Source of the DNA: Eledone cirrhosa
Taxonomy: Eukaryota
Direction of reading: 5' to 3'
Length of the DNA stretch: 64,000 nt
Assembly: GCA_964016885.1 (NCBI GenBank)
Contig: OZ024763.1
Location: forward strand, 26,908,001-26,972,000
The notes under the pieces are model-generated. The model saw only the letters and a list, made by a program, of their open reading frames with translations, was not told the origin of the DNA and made no database searches. The first letter of the stretch is position 1; each line of letters opens with the position of its first letter. Both the position numbers and the translations under genes were made by a program. Positions 37,845 through 57,721 of the stretch are shown here, piece after piece.

Positions 37845-38830
37845 CTCCAGCAGACAGAATAGAGAAGGCGTTTCCATGGAAGATGGTGAGGGAGACGCGC
37901 TGGAAGAGCCATTCCAGCTCGCCTGGCTCACACCTGCGGGTAGCCAACTCTGTGCCGATGGTGGTAAGAAGGGGGTTGTCCTAGGGCCAAAGACACGAGA
38001 AGCCGATGGTTGTGAATAGGGAGGTGGTCCTAGGGCCAAGGACACTAGAAGCCGATGATGGTGTGTAGGGAGGTGGTCCTAGGGCCAAGGACACCAGAAG
38101 CCGATGGTGGTTAGTAGGGAGGTGGTCCTAGGGCCAAGGACACTAGAAGCCGATGATGGTGTGTAGGGAGGTGGTCCTAGGGCCAAGGACACCAGAAGCC
38201 GATGGTGGTTAGTAGGGAGGTGGTCCTAGGGCCAAGGACACCAGAAGCCGATGGTGGTGAGTAGGGAGGTGGTCCTAGGGCCAAGGACACTAGAAGCCGA
38301 TGGTGGTTAGTAGGGAGGTGGTACTAGGGCCAAGGACACCAGAAGCCGATGGTGGTGAGTAGGGAGGTGGTCCTAGGGCCAAGGACACTAGAAGCCGATG
38401 GTGGTTAGTAGGGAGGTGGTACTAGGGCCAAGGACACTAGAAGCCGATGGTGGTGAGTAGAGAGGTGGTCCTAGGGCCAAGGACACTAGAAGCCGATGGT
38501 GGTGAGTAGAGAGGTGGTCCTAGGGCCAAGGACACTAGAAGCCGATGGTAGTGAGTAAGGACGTGGCCCTTGGGCCAAGGACACCAGAAGCCGATGATGG
38601 TGTGTAGGGAGGTGGTCCTAGGGCCAAGGAAACCAGAAGTCTCCACAACTACGGGCTCGACCGCAAACCTGTCGGTGATCGACCGATATTTGGAGAGTTT
38701 ACCCTCCTCGGCCTGAAGTGCAGCGGAACCTGGGTTAGTCGCAGACTGCACCAGGTTGCTGCCGGAGAATATGTCGCTGCATGAGGCATCATAGCTGGTA
38801 CACTCGTTTTCGCAACAGGTGGTGGTCCCA
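37845..38830 (-). mobile_element. CRE-type fragment with an internal 49-bp array, about 14 copies
   Basis: SATNPGSAALQAEEGKLSKYRSITDRFAVEPVVVETSGFLGPRTTSL...LEWLFQRVSLTIFHGNAFSIL; period 49 from 37981 to about 38618. Confidence 0.78.
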
Positions 38831-38832
38831 GG

Positions 38833-38857
<25 letters not shown>

Positions 38858-38863
<6 letters not shown>

Positions 38864-39416
38864 ATGGGTTGAAAAGTTCATTGGCTCACTATGAAGGAGT
38901 GATGCTAGAGCTGTGAAATCTAGCATACATTAATTTCAACTCTTATTAATAACTGCATTGTTTCTTTCCAGAGAGTATGTTTTGAAAAAGTAGACCTCAA
39001 TTGGTCATTCCATGAGAGTATCTTGGTCAGACTATGAAGGAGTGATGTTAGTGCTGTGAAATCTTGCATGCATTAATTTCAGCTCTTCTTAATAATAATT
39101 TCTGATATAGGCACAAGGCCAACAATTTTTTGGGAGGGGAAAGTCGATTAAATCGACATCAGTGCATTACTGGTACTTTATTTTATCGACCCCGTTAACC
39201 TCGGCTGGATTTGAACTCAGAATGTAAAGGCCCGTAACTCTATGCCGCTAAGCATTTGTCCGACGCTCTACCGATTCTGCCAATCCACCGCCCTTAACCC
39301 TTCTTATTAATAACTGTTGTTTCTTTCCAAGGACTATGCTGAAAAATAAACCTCAATTGGTCATTCCATGAGAGTATCTTGGTCTGCCTATGAACTTTTC
39401 AGCTGACCCTCGTTTA

Positions 39417-39478
<62 letters not shown>

Positions 39479-39578
39479 TGTATGTATGTATATGTGTGTT
39501 GTGTTGAAAAATATACCTCATTTGGTCATTCCATGAGAGTATCTTGGTCTGCCTATGAACTTTTCAGCCGACCCTCGT
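38858..39578. mobile_element. Mariner-type MITE with a SINE insertion and a duplicated right end
   Basis: TIR acgaggatgggttgaaaagttca pairs with tgaacttttcagctgaccctcgt (ending about 39413 and about 39578). SINE family 1 copy at 39100-39295. Confidence 0.65.
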
Positions 39579-40285
39579 ATATATATATATATATATATAA
39601 TATAAGATCAAAAGATGGTTAAAAGAGTTCCAAGTATTTTATTATGCGCATTTCAAAAACAAATATCGTCATGATAAAATCAGATAAAATAGGGATACAT
39701 GATATGAAGGTTAAAAAACACTTTTTAAATCAACATTGCTTTATTGTACTACAATAAAACTCACCTCCTACATATATATATATAAATACATATATATATA
39801 TAAGCAAATATTGTGTATATATATATATATATATATATACATATACACACACACAGACACAGTGTGTTGTTACCGCTGACTGTAGCGCCACCACAACATT
39901 TACAATTTCCCTCCCGCTACCTTCACTAAAACTGTTGCTCCTACTACCGCCGCCGCCACCATCACCTCTACCACCACTACTACCGCCATCGTTGTTGTAA
40001 ACTAGTTTGCTAAGGGAGGTAACTCTATCTATTTCGTTTGTCCTTTACCTCGTGTAACTGACAGTTCTTAACTACATTACAATAGCAGCAGTCTTACGCA
40101 GCGACCATACTCTCTCTTTAATTTTACTACTTCCCTCTCTTCGACATTTTCAGCAACAGTTTTTTTCTAATTTCTCTCATCCTCTGTCTCTCTTTTAACA
40201 CATCACATCACATCAACACAGAAAAAAGAAGAAAAACCGTATCAAAAGCTGAATCAAAACACTAGAACTTATTTCATAACGGAGG

Positions 40286-42139
40286 ATGAAAATACGGCGA
40301 CGGTTGTGGCTACGTCTGGCTATTTTGATTGTAACCTCACTATTTGCCATACCTTTATTACTTTACCATTTGGACGATGGACAACACAGACTTAATATAT
40401 ATTCGAAGGATTCGCCACACAAAAGTAGGTGGGTAGATAACGAATATGAAGGTAACGATCGACCGGAAAATGCCATGAGAAACCCACCTTTGGACTTCGT
40501 TGTCGGCAACAACAGTAACATGAATACACATGAAGTTAAGAGACACTCGGCTAAGACAGTTTTTAGACAAGGAGTGTTGGGAAATTATGAACCGCAGGAG
40601 AAGAAACTTTCGTCTCTCCCGGGTGAAAATGGCGAGCCTGTTTACACGAGTATGTCTGAGAAAGCTCAAGCGGACGCATCTATTCACGAGTATGGTTTCA
40701 ACATGGTAGCTAGCGATAAGATTTCTTTGGAACGAACCATTCCCGACACCCGAATGTATGAATGCAAATACTGGTACTACCCTCGTCAACTACCCACGGC
40801 TAGCGTTGTCGTCGTTTTCCATAACGAAGGTTGGTCGACTTTGATGCGAACCGTACACAGCATTATCAACACATCACCTGAACACTTGCTGAAAGAGGTT
40901 GTCATGGTTGACGATATGAGTGATAAAGCAGACCTGAAAGGAAAACTCGAGAAATATATTAAAAGGTTTAACAACAAAGTGAAGCTTTTCCGCAACGATA
41001 AACGTCAAGGATTGATTCGAACGCGTACCCTTGGTGCTCAATACTCCGTGGGTGATGTGGTTGTGTTTTTAGATGCCCACTGTGAGTGCAATAGGAACTG
41101 GTTAGTACCATTGCTGGCCAGGATTGCCTACGATCGTAAAATAATGGCTGTTCCTATCGTCGAAAGCATCGACTGGGATAACTTCAGATATCATCCTGTG
41201 TATACGACAAACCATCACCGCGGTATATTTGAATGGGGATTTCTCTATAAAGAAAGCAAAGTCCCACAGAAGGAACTGGATAAGCGCAGTCACCACAGCG
41301 AACCGTATTGGTCACCCACGCACGCAGGAGGACTTTTTGCCATTGACAGGAAGTATTTTTTTGAATTAGGAGGCTATGACCCCGGTCTTCAGATTTGGGG
41401 TGGGGAAAACTTTGAACTGTCTTTCAAAATTTGGATGTGCGGGGGTAGCATTGAATGGGTACCCTGCTCTCGTGTCGGACACGTTTACAGAAATTACATG
41501 CCATATGGATTTGGGAAAATCGCTTCCAAAATACCCATCGTCCTCCTAAATTACATGCGGGTGGTAGAAGTTTGGTTGGACGAAGACTTTAAACAATATT
41601 TTTACCGACGTGAACCGTCCGTGGAGGGTTACTCTGTGGCTAACATCAGCAGCCAGTTGGCATTTAAAAAAGAACACAAATGCAAAAGTTTCAGTTGGTT
41701 TATGGACAATATTGCCTACGAAGTTTACGATAAATTTCCACCGCCACCCGAAAATAAGGCTTGGGGTGAAATCCATTTAAAATCTGGGGGTAGCCTTTGT
41801 TGGGACAGCTACGGACAGCCACCGGGTGGCGGCCCTATTGGAGTGAGTGGCTGTCATCACTTGGGGGGTAACCAGTTGTTTAGACTCAACATACAAGGTC
41901 AATTGGCCATGGGGGAGCGATGCATCGATTCAGGAAACGGTGACACATTACACGTTCAATTTTGTGACGTCCAGCCGACCGGGCCTTGGAAATGGGACGA
42001 AAAATCTGGACTTATAATAAACAAGGACCACAACCGGTGTGTGGAGTCTGGACAGGACAGTCGGTTACACATGAAAAGCTGCAATTCACAGGTGGCTAAC
42101 CAACAATGGGTTGTAAAGAAGATTTGGTCGTGGAAATAA
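40286..42139 (+). CDS. GALNT7: Polypeptide N-acetylgalactosaminyltransferase, GALNT7/pgant7-like (GT27), single-exon CDS, 617 aa
   Basis: Uninterrupted ORF. Type II membrane anchor (MKIRRRLWLRLAILIVTSLFAIPLLLY), GT-A domain with DxH motif (FLDAHCEC), Gal/GalNAc-T motif (SPTHAGGLFAI...WGGENFELSFKIWMCGG...PCSRVGHVYR) and C-terminal ricin-B lectin (GGNQLF, NQQW). The SPTHAGGLF variant matches invertebrate GALNT7 orthologues as I recall them. Confidence 0.93.
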   Translation: MKIRRRLWLRLAILIVTSLFAIPLLLYHLDDGQHRLNIYSKDSPHKSRWVDNEYEGNDRPENAMRNPPLDFVVGNNSNMNTHEVKRHSAKTVFRQGVLGNYEPQEKKLSSLPGENGEPVYTSMSEKAQADASIHEYGFNMVASDKISLERTIPDTRMYECKYWYYPRQLPTASVVVVFHNEGWSTLMRTVHSIINTSPEHLLKEVVMVDDMSDKADLKGKLEKYIKRFNNKVKLFRNDKRQGLIRTRTLGAQYSVGDVVVFLDAHCECNRNWLVPLLARIAYDRKIMAVPIVESIDWDNFRYHPVYTTNHHRGIFEWGFLYKESKVPQKELDKRSHHSEPYWSPTHAGGLFAIDRKYFFELGGYDPGLQIWGGENFELSFKIWMCGGSIEWVPCSRVGHVYRNYMPYGFGKIASKIPIVLLNYMRVVEVWLDEDFKQYFYRREPSVEGYSVANISSQLAFKKEHKCKSFSWFMDNIAYEVYDKFPPPPENKAWGEIHLKSGGSLCWDSYGQPPGGGPIGVSGCHHLGGNQLFRLNIQGQLAMGERCIDSGNGDTLHVQFCDVQPTGPWKWDEKSGLIINKDHNRCVESGQDSRLHMKSCNSQVANQQWVVKKIWSWK

Positions 42140-42219
42140 GATTCTTAACGGATTTCTAATTATTTACATTATTATTATTTGACCATTTCATACAACAGAA
42201 TCCGTCTCCGGCCTTGTGT

Positions 42220-47795
<5,576 letters not shown>

Positions 47796-48869
47796 AACTG
47801 TATAATACAGTATATACACTACTGAGGCCAGTCTTTTAGACAATCTACGACACTTCCCACCTATTACCAGGTTATGTTTAAATATATTGTTTCCATCAAA
47901 TATTTCTCTTTGCCAGCTCATCTCTCTATGCATGTATGTATATATGTATATATATAAACTTAATGAAAATTTGACACCTCGTCCATACTTACATACATAC
48001 ATACATACATACATACTCACGCATGTTTGTGTATGTGTGTATGTGTGAATGCTTGCGTCTATGTAATGTTTGTGTGTATATACACGCGTGCGTGTTTGTA
48101 TATATATATGAGTGTATATATATATATTTATATGCGTGTATATATATAAATATTTATATGCGTGTATATGTATGTATGTATGTATGTATATGTGTGTGTA
48201 TGTATGTGTGTGTGTATATATGTATATATGTATGTATATGTATGTATGTATGTATATGTATTTATATGTATGTATGTATATATGTATGTATATATATGTA
48301 TATACACATACATACATACATACATGTCTGTATACGCATGTGTATATACAGAGGAAGGCTTTATATATACATACATGTCCGTATACGCATGTGTATATAC
48401 AGAGGAAGGCTTTATATATACACACACATATACACACAACATTAATGAAACGAGCGGAAGTAAAAAATCGTGGAGGCGAAAAAGACAACAATTGTAAAAC
48501 CGAACGAAAAAAAAAAATGACTCCACACCAACAACAACAACAACAACAACAATAAAACGAACAAAATCAATCAAAAAACTGCAGCAAAGACAACAACAAA
48601 TAAAAACCCTGTTATATAACTGGTATTAAAAAATAATAATATTTATTATTATATAAGGAATATATAAGATTAAATAGCTGTACATCCATGTTATCATTTA
48701 ATTATTGCTAGGAACCTTATATATATATATATGTATTGAGTATATATTTTTGTGTATTATTATAAAAATATATTATATTATATCATAGAGATATTGTAAA
48801 TATAAACATATAAATATTATATATTGTATTATAAATATATTATGCTATATATATATTATAAATATAAAC

Positions 48870-48910
<41 letters not shown>

Positions 48911-49382
48911 AATACATATATATATATAATACACACAAATATATAAACAAAGTGAGAGACACTTAAAAAAAACCCTCCCATCAATATATATATATATATA
49001 TGTTTATGTATGTATATAGTAAACATATATATATATATATATGTTTATGTATGTATATAGTAAAATTCCATTATAACGAAATTCACGGCGTATAAAAATA
49101 AATTCGTTGTATTGAAATTTTTTTAATAAAGATATTGACCCAACACATTGCGTATATATATATATATATATATGATATTTATATATATATGTATGTATAC
49201 GTATGTATGTGTATATACGTATGTATGTATATGTATATATATATATATAATAAACAACATAAGATAATTATTTCATTTATATATCACATATATATAGTAA
49301 TAATAATAAATTTGAAGACTAAAATCCAAAGAGGGCTCGATAAGGATAAATATATATCAAATATATAAGAACCGTAGAGCAA

Positions 49383-49511
49383 ATATTTATTAAAATAACA
49401 GATTAAAGTTTAAGCAAAGAATCGCTGCTTTTACCCTTAACGGGATCTTCAGAAGATCCCGTTAAGGGTGAAAGCAGCGATTCTTTGCTTAAACTTTAAT
49501 CTGTTATTTTA

Positions 49512-49519
<8 letters not shown>
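49383..49519. mobile_element. Palindrome with 68-bp arms centred on tcttc-a-gaaga (family E)
   Basis: Reverse-complement arms with 1 mismatch. Confidence 0.8.
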
Positions 49520-49553
<34 letters not shown>

Positions 49554-50182
49554 CGGATCTAGCTGTCGAAACGGCCGGAGCTCAGCCGTCAGGGTCCTGA
49601 ATATTTTCATATATATACATATATACATATATATATATATATGCAATATTAAATTAATGTTGACCTATTGCTGTCAGACACACACACACACACAGAAATA
49701 AAATAATAAAACTGATAAACTGGATTCAATGTTTAGAGAGATTGGTTTACAGAATCAACTTTTAATTTCCCACGTTTCATATGATATTTATTACAGCTGG
49801 ACAAGTCCTTCCTCCACCACACCTAATCTTCTCCATTTCCTTCCCACCCACTCCTCTTGTCAACTTCATGAATTCATATTATAAACAACCTCCCCCCCCG
49901 TACACCCATTCTCCCCCACACACCCACACGCATACACACACACACACGCACACACACACACACACACACACACCTTTATTTCCTTCCTTTCATCCTTCAC
50001 CACGTCCACGTATGCACTGTGTGTGCATATATATGCATTATGTTTTATATATATATATATATATATATGCATTATGTGTTATATATATATATATATATAT
50101 ATATATGCATTATGTGTGTATATATATATATATTATGGAATACTGCTGGCTTTTTGCTACAACGTTTTCTATACCTTTCATT

Positions 50183-50231
<49 letters not shown>

Positions 50232-50570
50232 TATCCTTAATGCTATATATATATATATATATATAGTATCCTTAATACTATATATATATGTATATGCATT
50301 GTGTATATATATGCATATGTATGCATATATATATATATGCATTGTGTACATATATGCATATGTATGCATATATATATATATAGTATCCTTAATACTATAT
50401 ATATATATGTATATGCATTGTGTATATATATGCATATGTATGCATATATATATATATGCATTGTGTACATATATGCATATGTATGCATATATATATATAT
50501 ATACATTATATATACAATGCATATGATGCATACCAAATAAATATATATACATGATCTACATATAAGATGC

Positions 50571-50622
<52 letters not shown>

Positions 50623-50874
50623 TATATATATTATATATACATCATACATGTTTGTAAAATATTACTGTTACTGTTATCATTATTAATTAATATTATTATC
50701 ATCATCTATGACTGTTCCTGCCTATTTTGTCCTCTTCTGTACATAACAGATCAACTCTTCTTCTTATCACAGAGACCCTATTCCGGCACCTTCTCTCTCA
50801 ATTTATTACTGTTTTAGTCCAGCAAACATTCAGTTATTGTTGATGTTGTTAATGTTGTTGTTACCATTAATACA

Positions 50875-50922
<48 letters not shown>

Positions 50923-51120
50923 TATTTGGTCAAAGACTTAGCACGTGGGTAAATATGTATGGTGATGATGATGATTGTGTGTATGTGTGGGTGCATATAT
51001 ATATATATATATATGCAGATATATGTTTATAATATATATATAATACAGATATTATATATATATATATATATATACATACATACATAAAATACATATATAA
51101 TTCATGTTATTTCTGTTTAC

Positions 51121-51159
<39 letters not shown>

Positions 51160-51427
51160 TATTATATATATTATATGTTTATAATATATATATATAATAC
51201 AGATATTATATTTATATATATATATATATACATACATAAAATACATATATAATTCATGTTATTTCTGTTTACCTTTTACACATATATATATATATTATAT
51301 ATATATATATATTATATATATATACATATATATATATATTATATATATATACAAGGTGTCCCCCAAAATGTATACACACTTTGATTAGAATGCTGTTAAA
51401 GTATGTATGAATTTTTTTGGGACACTG

Positions 51428-51459
<32 letters not shown>

Positions 51460-52303
51460 CATATGTGTGTGTGTGTGTGCATATGTGTGTGTGTTTTCTT
51501 GTAATATTGAAAATAAAATATATATATATATGTATATACTATTATTATTAACCCTCCTTCCACTGTCCCCTGTCTTTGTATTGTCCCCTATATGTAGGCC
51601 CTTGTGACTAATAAAGAAATTATTATTATTATTATCATTATTATTATTTGGCCAAAGACTAAACTCATGTAAATATATCAAATGATGATGGTGTGTGTGT
51701 GTGTGTATCATCATCATCATCATCAACGTTTAACGTCCGTGTTCCACGCTTGCATGGGTTGTGTGTGTGTGTGTGTCTGTGTGTATATATATATACATAT
51801 ATATGAATATGCCTGCATACATATATACATACAAATATATATATATACATATATATATATATGCATATATATATATGTGTATATACATACATACATTTAT
51901 ATTCATGTATACATACAAATACATACATACATACATACGTATATATATATATATATACACATACACATAAACATGGGTGTGCCTGCATACTTGTAATTAC
52001 ATATATAAATCTGTTTTTTTTGAGTTAATTATATATATATATACATACATATATATATATATACATACATGGAATATTTGAAATAATTTTTCATTTCTAT
52101 AAATGCCTTTTCCCAATAAACAGGTATACATACATTTAAGGCTACAGTTTGGTTGTATTAACTTCACACTTGAGTGCATACACACACACACACACATATA
52201 TATGGGTTAAAATACTGGAGCGTGTTGGAGTTAAACACCCTCTTCGTATTATAGAAATGACAGTAAAAGGTATAGCTCAATGTAGTTAAATAGAGCCGAA
52301 GAA

Positions 52304-52344
<41 letters not shown>

Positions 52345-52347
<3 letters not shown>

Positions 52348-52935
52348 CCTTGGCATTATTGTCAACAGCGATTTGCTTTGGACAAAGCACATCTCTAAAA
52401 TTGTCAAGAAAACTGAGGGTGTTTAGCATCACTCAGTAAGACCTTTGTCAGCCGCTCTCCAGCTATCTATTTAAAGCTGTATATAGCTATGGTGCGGTCA
52501 CACTTAGAATTTGCATCACCAGTCTGAAATCCTTATCTTGCTCAGAATATTGATCTGGAAACTGTTCAGAGATGTGCAACCAAACAAATACCCTCCATCA
52601 GGCATCTACCATACTCTGAACGCCTTGCTTCTCTGGGCACAGATACATTGAAGCTCCGATGCCTGGCAACTGACTTGGTAAACACCCACATGATTATTAA
52701 CTATCTTTCCAACAACAACCCTAAGCACCCTTTTGAATTATATGTGTCTAACATCCATGGACATGCTTACAAAATGAGAAAACAGCATAGCTCCTGTGAC
52801 TTAGGGAAACATTTATTCATGCTCAGAGCTGCAGAGGACATGGATCAAACTACATGCATCAGTAGTTAGCTGTTGGGACACTGCATCCTTCAAAACTTCA
52901 TGCTTCCTGAATTTTGCCAACACTGCACTTGATAT
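52345..52935 (+). pseudogene. CR1-type LINE ORF2 C-terminal fragment
   Basis: NLGIIVNSDLLWTKHISKIVKK...LKLYIAMVRSHLEFASPV*NPYL...LETVQRCATKQIPSIRHLPYSERLASLG, with frameshifts and stops. Confidence 0.8.
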
Positions 52936-53364
52936 TCCCCCTCCATACACATGCATGCGTGTGTGTGTGTGTGGTTTTCTGTAGAATTATATGTATGTCT
53001 ACACACACAGACACACATATTTATGTGTGTGTGTATATATAGACACACACATAAATGCATACATATGTATGTATATATATATATATAATATATAATATAT
53101 GCATACACATATATCATCATCATCATGCGTCCGCTTTTCCCAGCATATATATATATATAATATATGTACACACATGTATCTATCTATATATATATATATA
53201 TAAATATTTACACATACACCAATTAAACAAAGTCACAGGTATATATGTGTTTTTGCAACTTTTCATGATGTGGCTCAATGGAGAATTAATAAATTAATCA
53301 GAGCGAAATACTATAGAGTAAAGCATGTCTGGACATGCTTTACTCTATTATATATATATATATA

Positions 53365-54050
53365 TCTCATTATCATCTTCGATTAACGTCCATCTTTCAC
53401 GCTAGCATGGGTTAGACGGGAGTTGTCCCACTTGAGGCAAGGTTGGTCGGGTGACTGTGTCTCGCTCATATAGGACTATCTGGCAGGTTTTCTACAGCTG
53501 GATGGCCTTCCTAACACCAACCACGTTTACAGTGTGGAACTGGGAACTTTTTACTGTGTTACCTACACGGCCACATTACAGCGTGGATTGTGTGTTTTTT
53601 TGTCGTGACACCTACACGATCTCAATCTCATTATCTCATTTATATGGACTGGATGTTGTGGTACCAACTTTACAGAGAGAGGGTGGTGTTGGTGGGAGTT
53701 GGAGGATAGGGTAGTGGATTTGGGTGTATATTTGGTTAAGAGGTGCCTACTGACTGTAGGTTTCGCTTTGTACATAGGCAAGGCGGGTCTTCTGTATTAC
53801 TGCATGGCACCAAAGATCTCGGCCCAGTGACATTGTCTTATAGAGGTGCAAGTGTGTAAGGTCGGAATTTATCAGATCGTCCAAGATTTTTCTGGGTCTA
53901 CCTACTCGGTAACTACCATCAATTTTGATCGCCCTGCACTTTTTTTATATAGCTGTCGTCCTTCATGCGCATCACGTGGCCATACCAACGTAGTCTTCTC
54001 TCAAGTAAACAGCATCTGATCCCTCTTATTCATAATTTCTCACTTAGTTC
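53365..54050 (-). mobile_element. RTE LINE 3' end fragment (ORF2 end plus 3' UTR)
   Basis: IRGIRCCLLERRLRWYGHVMRMKDDS and the shared gttggtgttaggaaggccatccagctgtag tail. Confidence 0.75.
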
Positions 54051-54603
54051 ATTTTCCATGTAAGCATGGGTTAGACGGTTTTGTTCCATTTGATGCGGGA
54101 ATGGTTGGGAGACCATGTCTCGCTCACATGGAGGCGTCTCTGGCAGGTTTTTTTTACAGCTGGATGCCCTTCCACAGTGTGTACTGGGAGCCTTTTCACC
54201 GTGTCTCCTACACGGCCACCTTATAGTGTGGACTGTTGTGTCATTGACACAGTGGACGGAGAGGGAGGATGGGCTAGGGTGTGACGGTGGGGTGTACATT
54301 GAGTTAAGAAGTGCCTACTGACTGTAGGTTTGTATGCAATGGCAGTCGGGTCTTCTGTACAACTGCATGGTGCCAAAGGTCTTGATCCAGTGTTATTGTC
54401 TTAGAGAGGTATAGCTGTGCAAGGTCAGTTTTTATCACCTTGCACCAGGCTTTTCTTGGTCTACCCACTCCACAGCTTCCATTAATTTTCATTGTCCTGC
54501 ACTTTTTCATACAGCTGTCGTCCTTATATATCCATCATATATAATATATGCATACATATGTATCTGTATCTCTATATATATATGCATACATGTATATGTA
54601 AAT

Positions 54604-54642
<39 letters not shown>

Positions 54643-54711
54643 AGATGTAAACAGAAAGAACAAAATAAACAACACTGTATAATGAAGAAATATATTAGTA
54701 TACACAGCTGC

Positions 54712-54759
<48 letters not shown>

Positions 54760-54903
54760 GCCATCCAGCTGTCAGAATCCCAGCCAAAATACAGTTCCGT
54801 TTGAGCAAAGTATAGTGTGGCCAGCTGGCCAAACTTATCTTACAGTGTGGTTGATCTGTATAACATATGCAAGAATGGAAAAATAGATGTTAAATGGTGA
54901 TGA

Positions 54904-54904
<1 letters not shown>

Positions 54905-54984
<80 letters not shown>

Positions 54985-55814
54985 GATATATATATACATA
55001 TAAATATATATATATATATATCTATTTATACATGCATATATATATATATACACACACACATATATATATATACACATATATACATATATATATATATATG
55101 TGTATATATATGCATATATATATGTATATATATACATATATGTATATATATATGTATATATGTATATATATACATATATGTATATATATATGTATATATG
55201 TATATATATATATGTATATATGTATATATATATATATATGTATATATGTATATATATATATGTATATATATATGTATATATGTATATATATATATGTATA
55301 TATATGCATATGTATATATATATATGTATATATGTATATATATATATGTATATATATGCATATATATACATATATATATATGCATATATATATATATGCA
55401 TATATATATATGCATATATCTGCATATATATATATATATGCATATATATATATGCATATATATATATGCATATATATATATGCATATATATACATATATA
55501 TATATGCATATATATGCATATATATGCATGCATATATATGCATATATATATATGCATATATATGCATGCATATATATGCATATATATGCATATATATATA
55601 TGCATATATATACATATATATATATGCATATATATACATATATATATATGCATATATATATATATATGCATATATATACATATATATATATGCATATATA
55701 TACATATATATATATGTATATATATACATATATATATATATGTATATATATATACATATATATATATATGTATATATATATACATATATATATATGTATA
55801 TATATATACATATA

Positions 55815-55856
<42 letters not shown>

Positions 55857-56135
55857 CATATATATGTATATATATACATATATATGTATATATATATACA
55901 TATATATGTATATATATACATATATATATGTATATATATATACATATATATATATGTATATATATACATATATATGTATATATATACATATATATGTATA
56001 TATATACATATATATGTATATATATACATATATGTATATATATATATATACATATATATGTATATACATATATGTGTATATATATATATATACATATATA
56101 TGTATATATATATATATATATATATACATACATAT
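54905..56135. repeat. Compound (TA)n/TATG/TGCA microsatellite
   Basis: Directly visible. Confidence 0.97.
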
Positions 56136-57400
56136 CATCATCATCACCGTTTTACGTCCGTTCTTCCACGCTAGCATGGGTTAGACGGGTTGTCCTGTTG
56201 TGGGCAGTGTCTGGTCGGCTGACCATGCCTTGCTCATACAGTAACTGATTTGGCTTGATTTCTACAGCTGGATGCCCTTCCTAACACCAACCTCATTTAC
56301 AGTGAGTGCTGGGTGCTTTTTCATGACGCCTACACATCCACTTTACAGTGTGAGCTGGGTGCTTTTTTGCCGTAGCACCTCCACGACCACCTTGCGGTGG
56401 GGGCATATTGTCTATATGCTTCAGCTTGTACCCATGGGAGGTCGGGTACTCTGTATTACTGCGTGATGCCAGAGGTCACGGTCGTGTGTCATTGCCTTTG
56501 AGAGGTGTAACTGGGTAAGGTCGGCTTTTATCACCTCATCCCAGGTCATCTTGGGTCTCTCCACTCCGCGGTTTCCATCGACTTCTAGTGCTCTGCACCT
56601 TTTTATGCAGCTGTCATCCTTCATACGCATCACATGTCCATACGAGCGCAACCGCCTCTCCTGCACACAGCATTTGATTCCTCTTATGCTCAGTCTCTCT
56701 CTCAATTCATTTATGCTTTTTCGTTCACGTATATTACTGTTACACATCCATCGGAGCATGCAGGCTTCGTTTCTCTCTAATCTACGTAAGTCTTCCACCT
56801 TCAGCGCCCAGTTCTCACTCCCATGCAACATTGCTGTTCGGATACACGCATCATACAGTCTGCCTTTCATTCTGAGGGAGAAGCTTTTTGCAGCTAGCAG
56901 TGGTAGTAGTTCCCTAAACTTCTTCCATCCCGTTCTTACCCTAGTTATTGTACTTTCTGAACACCCACCTCCGCTGCTAATTCGGTCACCTAGGTAGCAG
57001 AAGCTGTCTACTGTTTCTACAGAGCCCTCCCAGAGATTGGTGGTACTTGTTTCCTGTGGCTGTTTGCTGCTTGCTGTCCCAGCACAGCTGCTGCATGTGA
57101 AGCCTACATTCTTAATTAAGCTTCCTGAGATCCCGTTACATCTCTTGTGTACCCATTGTTTGCATTTGGGGCAGAGAATGGAGTTCCTACCTACACCTTT
57201 CCTACATACTGAGCAAGGCCATTTCCCTGAGGGGATCTGGGTTCTGTTTTCTCGTCTACTTACAAGGACCTTAGTTTTTGTCATGTTGACTTTGAGACCC
57301 TTTCTTTCTAGTCCCTGCTTCCAAGTTTGGAATTTATTCTCTAGTTCTACCATAGATTCAGCTATAAGTGCGAGGTCATCAGCATACAGGAGTTCCCATA
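56135..57400 (-). mobile_element. 5'-truncated RTE LINE (RT C-terminal part, Cys/His finger, 3' UTR)
   Basis: ORF 56421-57422 with WELLYADDLAL, CSVC..C..C..WVHKRC..C..C and AMLHGSENW; 3' UTR ending in (GAT)n. Confidence 0.9.
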
Positions 57401-57721
57401 TTAAATTAAAATCTTCCACCATAATTTCATATGAGAACCTTACATTAAGTTACTATCTTACTAATGAAATGATTAATGATTTTAGTAAACATCTCAAAAC
57501 ATCTCAATTCTACTTTTGGCACAAGGCCATCAATTATCCCAGTACATTACTGGTACTTTATTTTATCGACCCCTATAAGGATGAAAGGCAAAGTTAACCT
57601 CGGCAGGTTTTGCACACAGAATGTAAGGGCTGTAACTCTATGCTGCAAAGCATGTTTTATAATTAACTAACTGAAACGCCCGGCGTTGCTTGGGATTTGC
57701 TCTAGGATTCTTATATATTTG

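Noticed and set aside
31840-38640. Regular repeats resembling a CRISPR array
   Set aside because: The units are contiguous with no unique spacers, derive from retrotransposon coding sequence, and the context is eukaryotic with no cas genes.
39634-39692. Family A hammerhead copy upstream of GALNT7
   Set aside because: The core is truncated (CTGAT without GA) and one side of stem II is deleted, so I counted it as an element fragment and not a ribozyme.
40358-41776. Minus-strand ORFs overlapping GALNT7
   Set aside because: Antisense shadows of a real CDS.
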